From assembly GCA_964016885.1 (NCBI GenBank), contig OZ024743.1, positions 195,238,001 to 195,302,000 on the forward strand: 64,000 nt of DNA, in the 5' to 3' direction. Position 1 is the first letter of the stretch. Every line of letters begins with the position of its first letter. The position numbers and the translations under genes were made by a program. This stretch comes from Eledone cirrhosa. Its lineage: Eukaryota. Below are positions 42,150 through 54,914 of the stretch, piece after piece. The notes beneath the pieces are model-generated. The model did not search any database, was not told the origin of the DNA, and worked only from the letters and a program-made list of their open reading frames with translations.

Positions 42150-45100
42150 TCTTTGAATAACTTTGAAATGTTTTGGCCAGTATTGGCCCAGGCCATGTCT
42201 AACTTAATAGCACCACCTGCCGAAGTCTTTCAATTCAGGATTTGGGCACCATGGCCCATTCGAGAAGGGCATTACTGTTTGCGGAGACATATCCGGGTGT
42301 GGGTGGTTTGTCCGGGATTACTTGGTGGAATTTGTCCAAAGACTTCTTGAATTTTGTGTGGTCAGTTTCTGTTTTGACGTGTCCTCGTGTGATGTTGAAG
42401 AGAGCAGGGCCAATTGAGGTGAAATAATTGTGCCGTATTGTTGTTATGAGTTGCGATTTAGATTTTTGTTTGGGACGGATAGCACGGGGCCCAAGCCTTG
42501 GGTGTATTTTGAAGGTGATGCCAACATCATTTGGTCAGTGCTGATGAAACATGTTCCACATCATGCAGATAATATAACGCTCACGGCGACGTTGGAGTGA
42601 GTAAAGTTTCAGCTTTTCTAGTCGACCCCAGTAGTCAAGGTCTGACATCCCATCTATCTTTTTCGTGATTGCCCTTTGGGGAGCTTCAAGTTTCATGATG
42701 CTTTGTTTCGTGAGGGGAGACCGCAGTGGACAACAGTATTCAAGGTGTGGTCGGGCAAAAGTGGAGAAGAGAAGGATAATGGTGTGGGAATCTCTCGACT
42801 GGAAAGTTCTGAGGATCCAGGAACATATTCTGCGGGCCATGTCAACTTTGCTGCTTATATGCGTGGCCCAGCTTATGTTGCTGTCCACAGTTACTCCCAA
42901 GTCTCTGATGCTGTTAGATGCCACGAGAGTTTCACCGGAGGGAAGGGAGTACGGGAGTTTCAGAGCATCCTCTTTTCCAAAGTGGATCAGTTCGAATTTG
43001 TCTTCGTTCAGTAACATGTTGTTCTTTTCCGCCCATTGGGTAACAGCCAGTAGGTCTGACTGAAGGCTTATCCGGTCATCCACGCCATCGATGACCTTCT
43101 GGAGCTTGGAATCCTCAGCGAAAATTCTAATGTTGCTGTGTTTGATGATGTCAGTGATATCATTAATATAGATGATGAAGAGAAGTGGGCCCAACACAGT
43201 GCCTTTTGGGACCCCACTACTGACTTTGGCTGGGCTGGATTTGACTCCTTCGACTACACCATGTTGGGTTCTGTTTGACAGGAAGCACTTGATCCAATGC
43301 AGCAGCTTTCCAGTGACACCGATATTGGACAGCTTTCTAAGTAGAATGTTGTGATCAACCCTGTCAAAGGCGTTCCTGAAATCAAGGTGGATAACATCAG
43401 TGTTGGAACCCAAGGCTCTCAAAATGTCATCAAAGTGATGCAGTAGCTGCGTCAGGCAATCCCTTCCATTACGGAATCCATGCTGGTTGGAGTTCAGCAT
43501 ATTGTTACTCTCAAGGAAGTGAGTCATTCGCGATCTCACCACTCTCTCAAATACCTTAATGATATGAGAGGTGAGTGAGATTGGACGGTAATTCACGGCA
43601 AGGGATTTGTTTCCTTTTTTGAAAACTGGGACAACAGACTGGGATAGAAGGATTTCTGGCACATATCCAGCATCCAGTGAGTTCCGCCACAGATTGGCAA
43701 GAGGAGATGCAAGTTTGTGTTGACACGCCTTCAAGACACAAGCACGGAACCTATCGGGACCTACTGCTGAATTATGCTTGATTTCCTTTATTGCCGCTAA
43801 GACATCAGGGGCGCCAAACGTTATGTCCGATAAGGTGTAATGGAGAGTAACATCGCCGATACAGCCCAGATCGGCCATATCAGGATTGCTGAAAACAGAG
43901 CAGTATTGTTTCTGCAGTATCTCACCCATGGTTTTAGCATTGTCTTGAAGAGTGCCATTTTTATCAATTAGAGGGCCAACAGTAGAGCCAGTTATTTTGT
44001 GTTTTTATGCAAATGAAAAGAACACTTTGGGATTGAGTTTGATCTTCTCAATGGCCCAGGCCTCTTCAGCTCTTCTCTGATTGTTGATGATAGACATCAT
44101 ATTGTTTTGGAGGTTGTGTTTTTTAATCTCTAGTGATGAAATGGCAGTCAAGTTGGTGTGTTGCGGCTGACAGTATTTCAGCTTGTTGATTTTTTTGTTA
44201 GTTCTCTTAATTTTCCTGATGAGCGTTTTTCTATTTCTAGGGATTCTGCTCTTAGATTTGTTTATAGTTCTTAATGGAGTGTGTGTTTCACATATGTTTG
44301 TACCAGTGTCCACAAATGTCTGCCAGGACTTTTTGATGTTAGTGGGTGTGTGAGTGTGCGTGAAGGACCAGTGGACATGTCCAAGATCATGACTGATCGC
44401 TTCCCAGTTTGCATTGTGGAAATACATAGCGTCAAACGGATGGACAGGAGAGATGACATTGGGTTTGTATATTGGACGGTGGAATCTCAGATCACAGAGA
44501 ACCATGTCATGATTAGATAGTAGAGTTTTCTCCACTGCAATATTGTGGATAGTGTCAGTGTGATTGCTGAAAATTAAGTCTGGGACGAGTTTGTGGCACC
44601 TCGTTGGTTCGAGTTGAGACAGGAATAAATCATCCATGAAGTCAAGAAGCGATTCCACTGCTTCTCTGTCAGAGGTTGAGGCAGAAGTACCTGGTAGCAG
44701 GCTGTTTGTGGACCAATCAACTCCGGGGAGGTTGAAGTCCTCCATCATTAAGATGTTGTCAGGGTGACATTCTTGGATGAAACACTTTATGCTGTTGAAG
44801 CATTCCTTGAAGCATGGTAGAGGCGTTTGGGGTGTCCTATAGAGCCCAACTACTATTAGGTTGTTGGTTTGACTGAATACAGTGACTGCTTCGCAGTATC
44901 CATTAGAAAATATGTTCATAGCCTCTGTTGAGAAAGAATTATGGACATAAAAGGCAGTCCCACCCATTCTTCTGCCAGCGCGATCAGCACGTATGGCTTT
45001 GAAATTTTTCACTTTCACCTCGGCTTCCAAGTGGAGGTTACTGAGATGGGTTTCAGTAAGCACGAAGAAAGGGATGTGGTTTGGATGGACATCAACCCAG

Positions 45101-45395
45101 TCCTCCAGGAATTTGATCTTCCATTTTTGAGTATTGGTGGAAGGGCTGATGCCTTGGGCGTTAAGCAAAAGTGTTGAGGCGAGAGTGGATGGTTTTAATT
45201 GTTTTGGTGTGTTGGTAATTTGTTTGTTTGTTAATGGCAGCAATGGGAGTTTGTGCAGTGGGGTGATAGTGGAGGGTGGTGCTGGGTGATAGCTCGAATG
45301 TTTTTTTCCAGTTCTTTTGCCAGATTCATTATGGCTAAAAAAGAAGGAGAAGTTTCCTGTTTAGGGGACTGTTGGTAACTGTGGTAGTGGTTATT
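42150..45395 (-). mobile_element. CR1/L2-group (Crack/Daphne-like) LINE, 5'-truncated with full ORF2 region
   Basis: APE motifs (LLNAQG, LTETHL, RADR..GG, GLYR.P, DFNLP.VDW, SNH) and RT (NYRPISLTS, QHGFR, DF..AFD.VDH, SGVPKGTVLGPLLF, FAEDSKL, YSLQRRRERY); short 3' UTR with TTCAAAG repeats; TA runs on both sides. Confidence 0.9.
42235..45243 (-). pseudogene. LINE ORF2 (APE + RT) with two in-frame stops
   Basis: Frame continues through TAA 44005-44007 and TGA 42535-42537 to ..[13 protein letters not shown] at 42235; catalytic FADD reads FAED. Confidence 0.85.
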
Positions 45396-45540
45396 TTTAT
45401 GTAGGTTATATATATATATTTATATATATACACATATACATATATGTATATATATATATATGTATATATATATACATAATCACATTAATATATATATATA
45501 TATATATAAGATTATTATAAAGAACGAGGATTCAGTGTTG

Positions 45541-45606
<66 letters not shown>

Positions 45607-46122
45607 TCATATATACATGTAAACATGTATGTATGTGTGAGTATATATATCCATACATGCGTGTATGTCTGCTGCATATATTTCCATATGTTTTTACATG
45701 CGTCTCTCTATCTGTATGTATATACTTAAGCATGTAAGTGTGTGTGTCTGAGAGAGAGGATGTATGTACCCTACAACCCTGAATACTACCACGCAGTCTA
45801 CATACATATGTTACAAAACAGGGATTGTTCATTATAGTAACTAAGTAATATCATACAGGACGACGCAATCTTATCCTGGTTGATAAAAGAAAGCTGACGT
45901 GGACAACAACACAATTTAAATGCCCTGATAATGAATATCTGTGTGTGTGAACTATTAACTTCTCGTATGGGCGCCGTCGTGACATAAAACTTGTCTTGGG
46001 TACTTTAAGCCTTACTGAGTCTCTCCCTTCTCCACGTCTGTACCCAGTCTATTTCTTCCAGAGAAGGAGACACACACACACACACGCACGCACACACACA
46101 CACGCACGCACGCGCACACACA

Positions 46123-46186
<64 letters not shown>

Positions 46187-46397
46187 GCAGACAGAGGGAG
46201 TAGTGCACGCTACTGCTGCATTAAATGTGGCGGAAACTCGAGTCCGGGAACTATTATAGGCACCCGTTTTACGTGTGTTGTATTGAAGCGAATAACTATG
46301 TGTCTACTCTGGGAGTGTATCCTACATTACCTATTGAGTACACTGAGATACAACCGGTCCTGGCATTGATAAATATGCTGCGTCGGTCAACTCTTTA

Positions 46398-46694
46398 TCT
46401 ATACATATAAAACTGAGGATGTCTGTGTGTGTGAGTTCGAATCCCTAAAACTCGAGAACTACCAAACCGACTGTTTTCAAACTTTACACATGTAATACGT
46501 ATGTTTCAGGGAGTCTTCTGAGCCAAGAAAATTCGAAATTTTCAATGCCCTAGGGACCGCATTAGGCGATTTAACGATCTCGCTCTGTAATTCTTAGTAT
46601 TTCTCTTTTTAGATAGATACATACATATAACGTCGCACCCTTATAATATTTGTCTGTATGTCTGGCTGTCTGCCTTAAGTCTCTTCCCTGAGGA

Positions 46695-46730
<36 letters not shown>

Positions 46731-47287
46731 AGTTTGAATCCCTAAACTCGAGAAGTACCCAACCGATTTTTTAAAAGCTTTACATGTGTATTACGTATCT
46801 TTCAGGGCGTTATGCACATAAAAAATTCAAATTTTTTTTAATCTGTCAACGCCCGCATTAGTTGAAAAACTGCCTTTTTAAAGATTTTTAGGGTTTTTTT
46901 TAGGCGTTACGTCAGACCTATTTCCTTAAAATTGTAACTATGTATTAGTCAGTCTCTTCTTCATACCGTAAGCAAAGAAAATCCAACTTTCTTATGGCCT
47001 CAGGCTCGAATTAGGTGAAAAAACTTCATTTTTTCAGCTTCTTACGGTTTTGGAAGCATTAAGTCCAGCCGATTTTCCCGAAATTTCAAGGCATATTATG
47101 CACATAAAAAAAATCATTTTCTTGATCCCCCAGATCGAGAAAAATCTTAAAGATTATCCAGCCATCAGAGTATTCGGTTTATTTTCTTTACATATTGTCC
47201 AGACATGCAGCTTTTCCACGATTAGGTCTGTTGGCGGCCCGCGTTTCAAAATACCTTATCCCGTGCAACGCCGGGTACCGCTGCTAG
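46398..47287 (+). mobile_element. Non-autonomous Helitron
   Basis: A|TCTATACATATAAAA 5' end; subterminal hairpin CCCG-TGCAACGC-CGGG (47260-47275); CTAG|T 3' end; no TSD; internal duplication 46413-46545 / 46688-46830. Confidence 0.8.
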
Positions 47288-47384
<97 letters not shown>

Positions 47385-48009
47385 GAGAGAGAGGGAGAGA
47401 GAGAGAGAGAGAGAGAGAGAAACGGTCGGGCAGAAGAAATGAGAAAAGGATATAGAGGAAGAATTGATTCAGAGAGCACAGAGAGCTAGAATGATTACCA
47501 CAAAACATTCTACCCTACGTTCGAAAGACTCAGCTAATTCGCCACCTTGTGATAATGTTGATGTTATTAGAAATCACAGTTCTGTAAAACAGTGGCTTCT
47601 TTCTGGAAATGTTCATCACTGTTTTGACATGACATTCTGTATAGAAATAACAATGTTTTATGCACATGGTCTACATATACACGAAGTAAAGCAACGTTGA
47701 GATTAATATAGTTCTATAAATTTAGTATCTGACTTAGACTGACATGATTTTAATGTTCTAAAAGTGTTGGTAAAACGTCTGGAAATATTTGATGAGTTGA
47801 ATGTAATCCTTAGATTAACGAAGGATTGCAGACAGCACTTAAACCAAGAGTCGATGTGAAATACAGAAGAGATGAAGAAAGGTGAATAAAATAGTTATTG
47901 TTTAAATCTAGGGTGGCTTTTGATGGATTTTAATGGCACTATCAGCAAAACGTGGTGAAAAAATATACTGCACTACTTAGATTCATTTACGTTCTAATTT
48001 CGTCTATAA

Positions 48010-48420
48010 ATATTTATAAACCTGGAAAAGGAAAGGAAAGGCAAGGGCTCTGGGTCCACAGAATAACAGGAGGAGAAGTGGAGGGAGATGGGAGATGGAC
48101 CTAGGGCAAGGTGGTACTGGGGCTGCGTCCTGTGGGCGAAACCGCAAATGCACTTCCGCGATCAATGGCCAGCAAAACCCACTGTAACAGCCACCCTGCT
48201 TATTGTGGCTCCTACCTCAGGCGGGTTGTTGAAGTTCCGATCTTGCAGAGGAGCTCGGCTGTATGGGGTCTGAGTAAATTTGAGGTCTCGACGGCGACTG
48301 GTGTGAAGAGGGAGCGGCCGGACAATTCCCGGTGTTTGCTTGTCTTCCTTTCCTCTGCATTGCGGGCCGCAGTTCCGGGGTTTGTGGCCGAAGCGACTAT
48401 ATTTCGTTTGGAGTGTGGAT
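48010..48420 (-). mobile_element. GC-rich retroelement fragment, possible ORF1/gag zinc-knuckle relic
   Basis: Minus ORF contains TKYSRFGHKPRNC (degenerate CX2CX4HX4C); GC content contrasts with flanks. Confidence 0.3.
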
Positions 48421-48699
48421 GAGAAATACCAGTCAGCTACTGTTTCTTGCAATCTACTCCAAATGTGTGTGACCTCGCTAGACTTAATTACTGATGAGAA
48501 AGAGGAATACATTAGATAAACGAAGAATATAATAAAGGTATCAATACATTTATACGAATTAAAAGAAACACTCTTTAATTAATTAGTACAGCTCAATTGT
48601 TGTCAAGGACAACGTAACTCTAGAACATATGCAAATGTACAAAACCGTATGATGTGGATTTTCAAATGAACATGCTTTAAAACAAATAACATTATTATG

Positions 48700-48884
48700 C
48701 ATTGGGAGTATCGGTAGAGAGTCGGACGCCATGCTTTTGAGCATAGAGTTACGTCCCTTTACGGACTGAGTTCAAATCCCACCGAGGTCAACTTTACCTT
48801 TCAACCTTACGGGATCGATAAAACAAAGTACCAGTAATGTACTGAGTAATGGCTGGCCTTGTGCCAAAAGTAGAAACAATTATT
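48700..48884 (+). mobile_element. tRNA-derived SINE
   Basis: Same family consensus. Confidence 0.88.
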
Positions 48885-49407
48885 CAGCTGCTTTCACCAG
48901 AAGAATATTTCATAGCTTTATTATTTTAGAATTTAAGAGGTTGATGGCACCCGCCTCAAAATAACAATTGAACAATAAGTCTGAAACATAATTTTACAAA
49001 TATCGAAGTGTATTCAATAAATATTTCTTTAGATTGTTTTGCAAACAGCGAGATTTCTAAAAAAAAAACTACAGTTTTCTTTCCCAATCCAAGTTCCTTA
49101 CATTATCCCACAAAATAATCTATAAATTCGTGTTGCAGTGAAGCTAACGAGGACCTTTGCTTTTGTGACTGGTCATAATGTGGGAAAACCTTGTTCTTCA
49201 GATGGCTAGTGTAAGGGAAACTGTTGTGTTTGGAGTGATAAGAATATTTTCGCTCTTTACATCACGCTATAATTCTACATCTTGATTTATAAATATGAGA
49301 ATCATAGTTGTTATATGAAATACCTACGAATTAATTGTAGATATTTCATATGACATCTAAAATAGTTATTTATGAACGTATTTACATACATTATTTTCAA
49401 TATTTTC

Positions 49408-49505
49408 AAGGTTAACGTTGCCTTTCATCCTTACGGGGTCGATAAAATAAAGAACCAGTAATACACTGGAATAATTACTGGCCTTGTGCCAAATGTAGAA
49501 ACAAT
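49408..49505 (+). mobile_element. 5'-truncated SINE with TSD
   Basis: Flanked by ATTATTTTCAATATTTTC on both sides. Confidence 0.88.
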
Positions 49506-49758
49506 TATTTTCAATATTTTCGAGTATATTATATAAAGAATATAAGTGAATGGTTTGCAGCAATATTATAAATCAACCAAATGTTTAAAATGTAATATTT
49601 ATAGTTTGCAGATGGCAACGAAATCTCGCCAAATTGCTACTGCAAATTGAAATCTACTCCTCATCGACATTACAATATATACTTATCTCTATATATCTAT
49701 CTGCCTGTCTGTCTCCCCCTCTCTCTCTTTCTCTCTCTCTGTATGTATATATGCGTAG

Positions 49759-49857
<99 letters not shown>

Positions 49858-50317
49858 TATATATATATATGTATATATATACATATATATATACATATAC
49901 AGAGGTATCCACACTATTCTGCATGAAGAACTCGATGTAATACATATGTTGAAAATGTTGTAGGTTATGATAAATGCCGGAAAACCATAAAACATTTAAA
50001 AGGAAAACAGAGTCATGATATAAGTTAAAACAATGAAATAAAAAATCAAGTCATTAGATATATACTTCACTGCTTTACGATCGTTTCTAGGTGATGATAA
50101 TGCATTGTAGCTATACTCCGTTATTAATCTATGTAAGGTTAGTTACAAAATATCAGATAAAGAGAATATTTACTTACATGCATATCACCAGCTGTTTTTT
50201 ATATATATATACGTATATATGTGCGTAGTTTCCCGTTGGTAAAGAGGTGTAGAACTAAGCCGAGTGTAAATATAATAATAAAAAGACGATTTGTTATGTC
50301 TTCATTAGGTTTATTGA

Positions 50318-50440
50318 GTAGTGACGCGCGTTTCGCTATTGATCAGCTCAAGGTTCGATCTGTAACTATCGCCAGAGATCATTAAGTTGAAATCGGCTAA
50401 TAATAATTTGAGATCGGAAATCCTCATAAACCTCAGACAC
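50318..50440 (-). ncRNA. Degenerate hammerhead ribozyme
   Basis: Minus GT-CTGAGG(T)..CAATAGC-GAAA-CGCGC-GTC-ACTACTC-AATAAA; more decayed paralog at 53065-53110. Confidence 0.5.
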
Positions 50441-50819
50441 GCCATGGTATTTGGGCAGGAACCACGGACAGAGCAAAACTTAACCACCTGAACTCAGACA
50501 ATGATAGACAAAATATCATAGTATCTAGCATAATTATCATATCTTATCAACTTTAGCATCGTCCTCATTACCACTGTTACATTCATTACCACTGTTATTC
50601 TTGTTAATATTATATTGCATTCTTTATCATGTCCCCCATCACTAAACATATCACCATGTATTCACCCCTCTGATCCACGCCAACACGTACCACACACACA
50701 AGAGACACACACAAACCACCAGCATCCTACACATTACCACAATTGATGTCAACACTTCCATTATTAATAGCATTACATGTACTAGCAGAAAACCACCCAA
50801 AGGGTGGTTTTCTGCTAGC

Positions 50820-51250
50820 ATGTGTAGTGTGTATATTGATATTATACGCAAGTATATATACATGTAGATATGATACATCAAATAAAATCGTAATTGACAA
50901 TATACATAGAAATTGAACAAAGACTGTGTTACAGTCTCTTATGTAATCAGTAACGTAATTCATGATACATTAAAAAAAAGACCATATTATATATAAACTG
51001 CATTAGGAGAAAATTAGTGACAGATATTACTATTTTTATTTAAGCGATCGCCACCGGGAGTGTTGACATTTAAAAATTTTAAAGAAGTGAATCTTTAAAT
51101 AAATAATAAAATATATCTAATGAACAACCACGAAATTCAGTAGATAAATTATGTAATATTCATTATTATTTATTCAAAGTAATCCAACTTATTTTACTAA
51201 TGGGATAAACAAATTATAAACCGTACGCAATCCCGCGTTTCTTACTTTAT
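50820..51250. repeat. Paralog of 20483-21190 lacking the SINE (empty site)
   Basis: Single ATTATTTATTCAAAGTAA at ~51165-51182. Confidence 0.85.
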
Positions 51251-51740
51251 TTTAGTTTAAATTTTCACCCTTCTCATATCCTAAACAGTTTTTTTTACCA
51301 CCAAATTTACCACCATATATTCCTATACGATAGTTATGTAGATGCACTGTTATCACATACATATGTTTGTGTGTATATTTCTATACGCGTGTGTATATAT
51401 ATACGCGGCGTACACCCCTGCAGACTGATATAGACGTATGGACCTGCAGTTCTATGAGCACGCATATTTCGTAGTGTGTACATATGCAGGGATACAGACA
51501 TGTGCGTGAGCATCGGGGGGGGGGGGGGGAGGGGGGGGGGTCAGTAGCTACGTATAATATGTATGAGAGCGAGTGTACGTGTCCCGGTGTAAAAGCTAAC
51601 CAATATAACCGTGCAACAACTATTTCATGTATACATCCACACGCATATGTATATATATATATATATATATCTAGCACTGACGGAGCCGATCACTGAATAT
51701 TAATATCAATGTAGTTTTTTATATTGATATTGCCTGGGCA

Positions 51741-51863
51741 TCCACTGATGAGTTATAAGGTACTACTTGTGTGTATATCTATGGATTATATACAAGCTTC
51801 TACATAACTTGGACATTATTTTTCCCACCTTGTAGAAATCTTATAACGAAACGATCGTATGGA
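51741..51863 (+). ncRNA. Type I hammerhead ribozyme (best-formed; 96-nt stem II region)
   Basis: TCCA-CTGATGA(51745-51)-GTTATAAG..CTTATAAC-GAAA(51848-51)-CGATC-GTA-TGGA; perfect 8-bp stem II base; palindromic stem III. Confidence 0.85.
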
Positions 51864-52040
51864 AAGAAAGAGCGATTTATTTAATTATGTCTCATATAAA
51901 ATAATACAACCAACTATCCACGGAATACTATATGGTTAGCACCCCAAACACATAGGAATTATACTCAGGTATATCCTAATGTTTGTTGAGTGAGATGGAG
52001 TTGGTCAGAGTATCGCTAAAAGCTTTCTCTGTTAATGTAT

Positions 52041-52124
<84 letters not shown>

Positions 52125-52127
<3 letters not shown>

Positions 52128-52262
52128 CGGAGGAGTTGTGGTAAGGAACCAGATGGACGATAACGAACCAGAGTACTCAATACTTAGGGTAGTAGGAGAA
52201 AGTATGACCCCGACGGCAGAGCTCAAGCCGTTTTGACGGCTATTTCTGGTCGTACTTTCTCC

Positions 52263-52263
<1 letters not shown>
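52125..52263 (+). repeat. Short TA-embedded repeat with terminal hairpin (paralog 63903-64000)
   Basis: TAACG.AGGAG.TGTGGTAAGGAACCAGATGGAC..TACTCAATACTTAGGGTAGTAG shared; TAGGAGAAAGTATGACC/GGTCGTACTTTCTCCTA stem. Confidence 0.8.
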
Positions 52264-52297
<34 letters not shown>

Positions 52298-53217
52298 CTA
52301 GGTGTATCTTAGGTGTATGCCTGTGTGTAGAGATATATACATGTATAGATATATATATGTTTTTTTTTTATATGTATATAAGATATGTATGGATGTGCGA
52401 GCATCTGTCTTGTTCGTGTCTGTGTATGTGTACACATATATTCTTCTCACACAACATGCACTGGAGCGGTATTCGGCCTAATTTAGCAACTTAAAAAATT
52501 TTTTTTTTATGTATAGTCTTTTCAAATACTAACCACAACCAACCTTAATTCTTTATAGTACAAATACCCCTTTAAGGATATAAATAGTTTACACCAAAGC
52601 CCCACCCAAACCTAGGCTAACCTACTTTCCTTCACTTCTTTCCTTTTTACTTTTCTCTTATCCCTCTCAGCCAAACCGCTGACCAGCAGAAAAGTCGAGC
52701 TCCACACTCTCTCTTCTCCCATCACACGAGTCCATAACCACACCCACACCCAGACCCAGCACCTTTGCCTCACCACATACATGCCACAATGTCTATGAAA
52801 AGCCAAAACACCACACCGCCGCAACTCGCACCAACCATTGGTCCCCACCACCACCATTTCATTGTGATCCATCCCCCCACCTATCACACATGCCAAAACA
52901 TCCTTTATAGCAAAACCACCAATCGAAACAACAGTAACTGACCACCATAAATGAATGTGAACTATTATAGACATCTCTAAGCCCTATTTGTTCATTCTGT
53001 CATTACCACAACATAGATCGAACGAGCTTTTGATTCCTGTGTCGGGCCAGATCGATACAAAACGAACATTGAGCTGATCAATAGCCAAACCTGAGTTACT
53101 ACTCAATAAACGGATCAAAGACATTAAAATCGCCATGTTATTATTATTATACGCGCGCACACACACACAGACACACACAGACACACACACACACACACAC
53201 ACACACCCCACACACAC

Positions 53218-53259
<42 letters not shown>

Positions 53260-54122
53260 CATATATATGAATGTATGTATGTGTGTATGGTTCCTTGCAG
53301 TTGGTTGACCCTTAGTTGGTTTTTTAGTGAAAAAAGGTGCGTGTGATGAAGAAGCAGAAGGAGAAGGTTTAGACGAAGTATGGACGCTAGCAATAGACCT
53401 GAAACACAGTAAACGCACTTTGACCTCACCAGAATTTGATGTGAGAGACCAAAGTTAGCCGACACGAATACGGTAATGCATGTAAGATTAAAGCACACTG
53501 GCTTCTTTATTATTATATAACGACTCTGTCAACCTGCCACCTTGTGTCACAGAAGAGTATCTATAAATAAATCAACAACTGTTCGGAGGTGGAGTATTTT
53601 CCCACAATGAATAATAAGCCGGTTCCTTGAAATACAATTTTTATTATATTGTAAATATGATATACGGTAGAAACAAAAGATGACTAGCCATTATAAAGTC
53701 AGGCAGCTGTAGTGTCTTAAATGAAGTATTACATTCATATTTCGGAGTATCCAGTTATTCGCCTCAGTGTGATGCCAACCAATGAATAAATATAGATCAA
53801 CTTAAAAAATTAATTTCTCCACTATATATCTAATCAAAGGTATCTTTTGCGTTGGCCTCATTTCCTTCACCTCCTAAGGTTTCTCGCTTAGATTTATTTG
53901 TTCTGTTATACATGGGGTTTCTTATGCTGGTTTGAATCTCTCAAATTTATCACTTTGTACATTAAGAATAACAACAATGCATCGTTTCCGTGGGTTCTCG
54001 CAAGTCAACATCCTAATGTATATCAAACTAAATACAATGTTACAATAATACTCCAAAACGAATTCATATAAATGAATCAGTCACAGAAATCCCGCAAATG
54101 TACCCACATTTCTCCGTCCACT

Positions 54123-54192
<70 letters not shown>

Positions 54193-54252
54193 TATATAAG
54201 GGGGAGGAAATGGTATATATTTTATCTAATAATTCTAAGGACATCATTTATG

Positions 54253-54332
<80 letters not shown>

Positions 54333-54436
54333 GGTATGTATGTAAAATCACATTTTACATATCTTTATATCCACTTTGCATCTCCCCATGTATTGAGTAC
54401 TCCCATGATTAATGGTTTCCCCGGCATCAGCACCCC

Positions 54437-54549
<113 letters not shown>

Positions 54550-54849
54550 TTCTCTCTCATATATATATATATATATATACACAATGATGTATTACAGGTT
54601 GAATCTTATTTACTCAATCACATTAGTTAAACTATCAATTTCCATTTCAAAAATATTATTTGAATTCATTGCATAATTTCTAGACCAGAACATCCTCACA
54701 ACCGAAACAAAATACCTACAATGATTTGTAAAGCTACGAATAATCCTAAAAATACAATGTGTAAATTGTATATAAATTAGGTCATTTAATATTACTAATA
54801 TTTATTAGAATTCATATTTATTTTTGTCATTATGTTAGAGAGAAATTGT

Positions 54850-54914
<65 letters not shown>

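Noticed and set aside
42535-42537. In-frame TGA in LINE ORF2 as recoding
   Set aside because: The copy also has a TAA stop and a mutated catalytic motif; simple decay is more parsimonious
52500-52980. C/A-rich segment possibly a decayed PLE linker
   Set aside because: No unambiguous motif could be read
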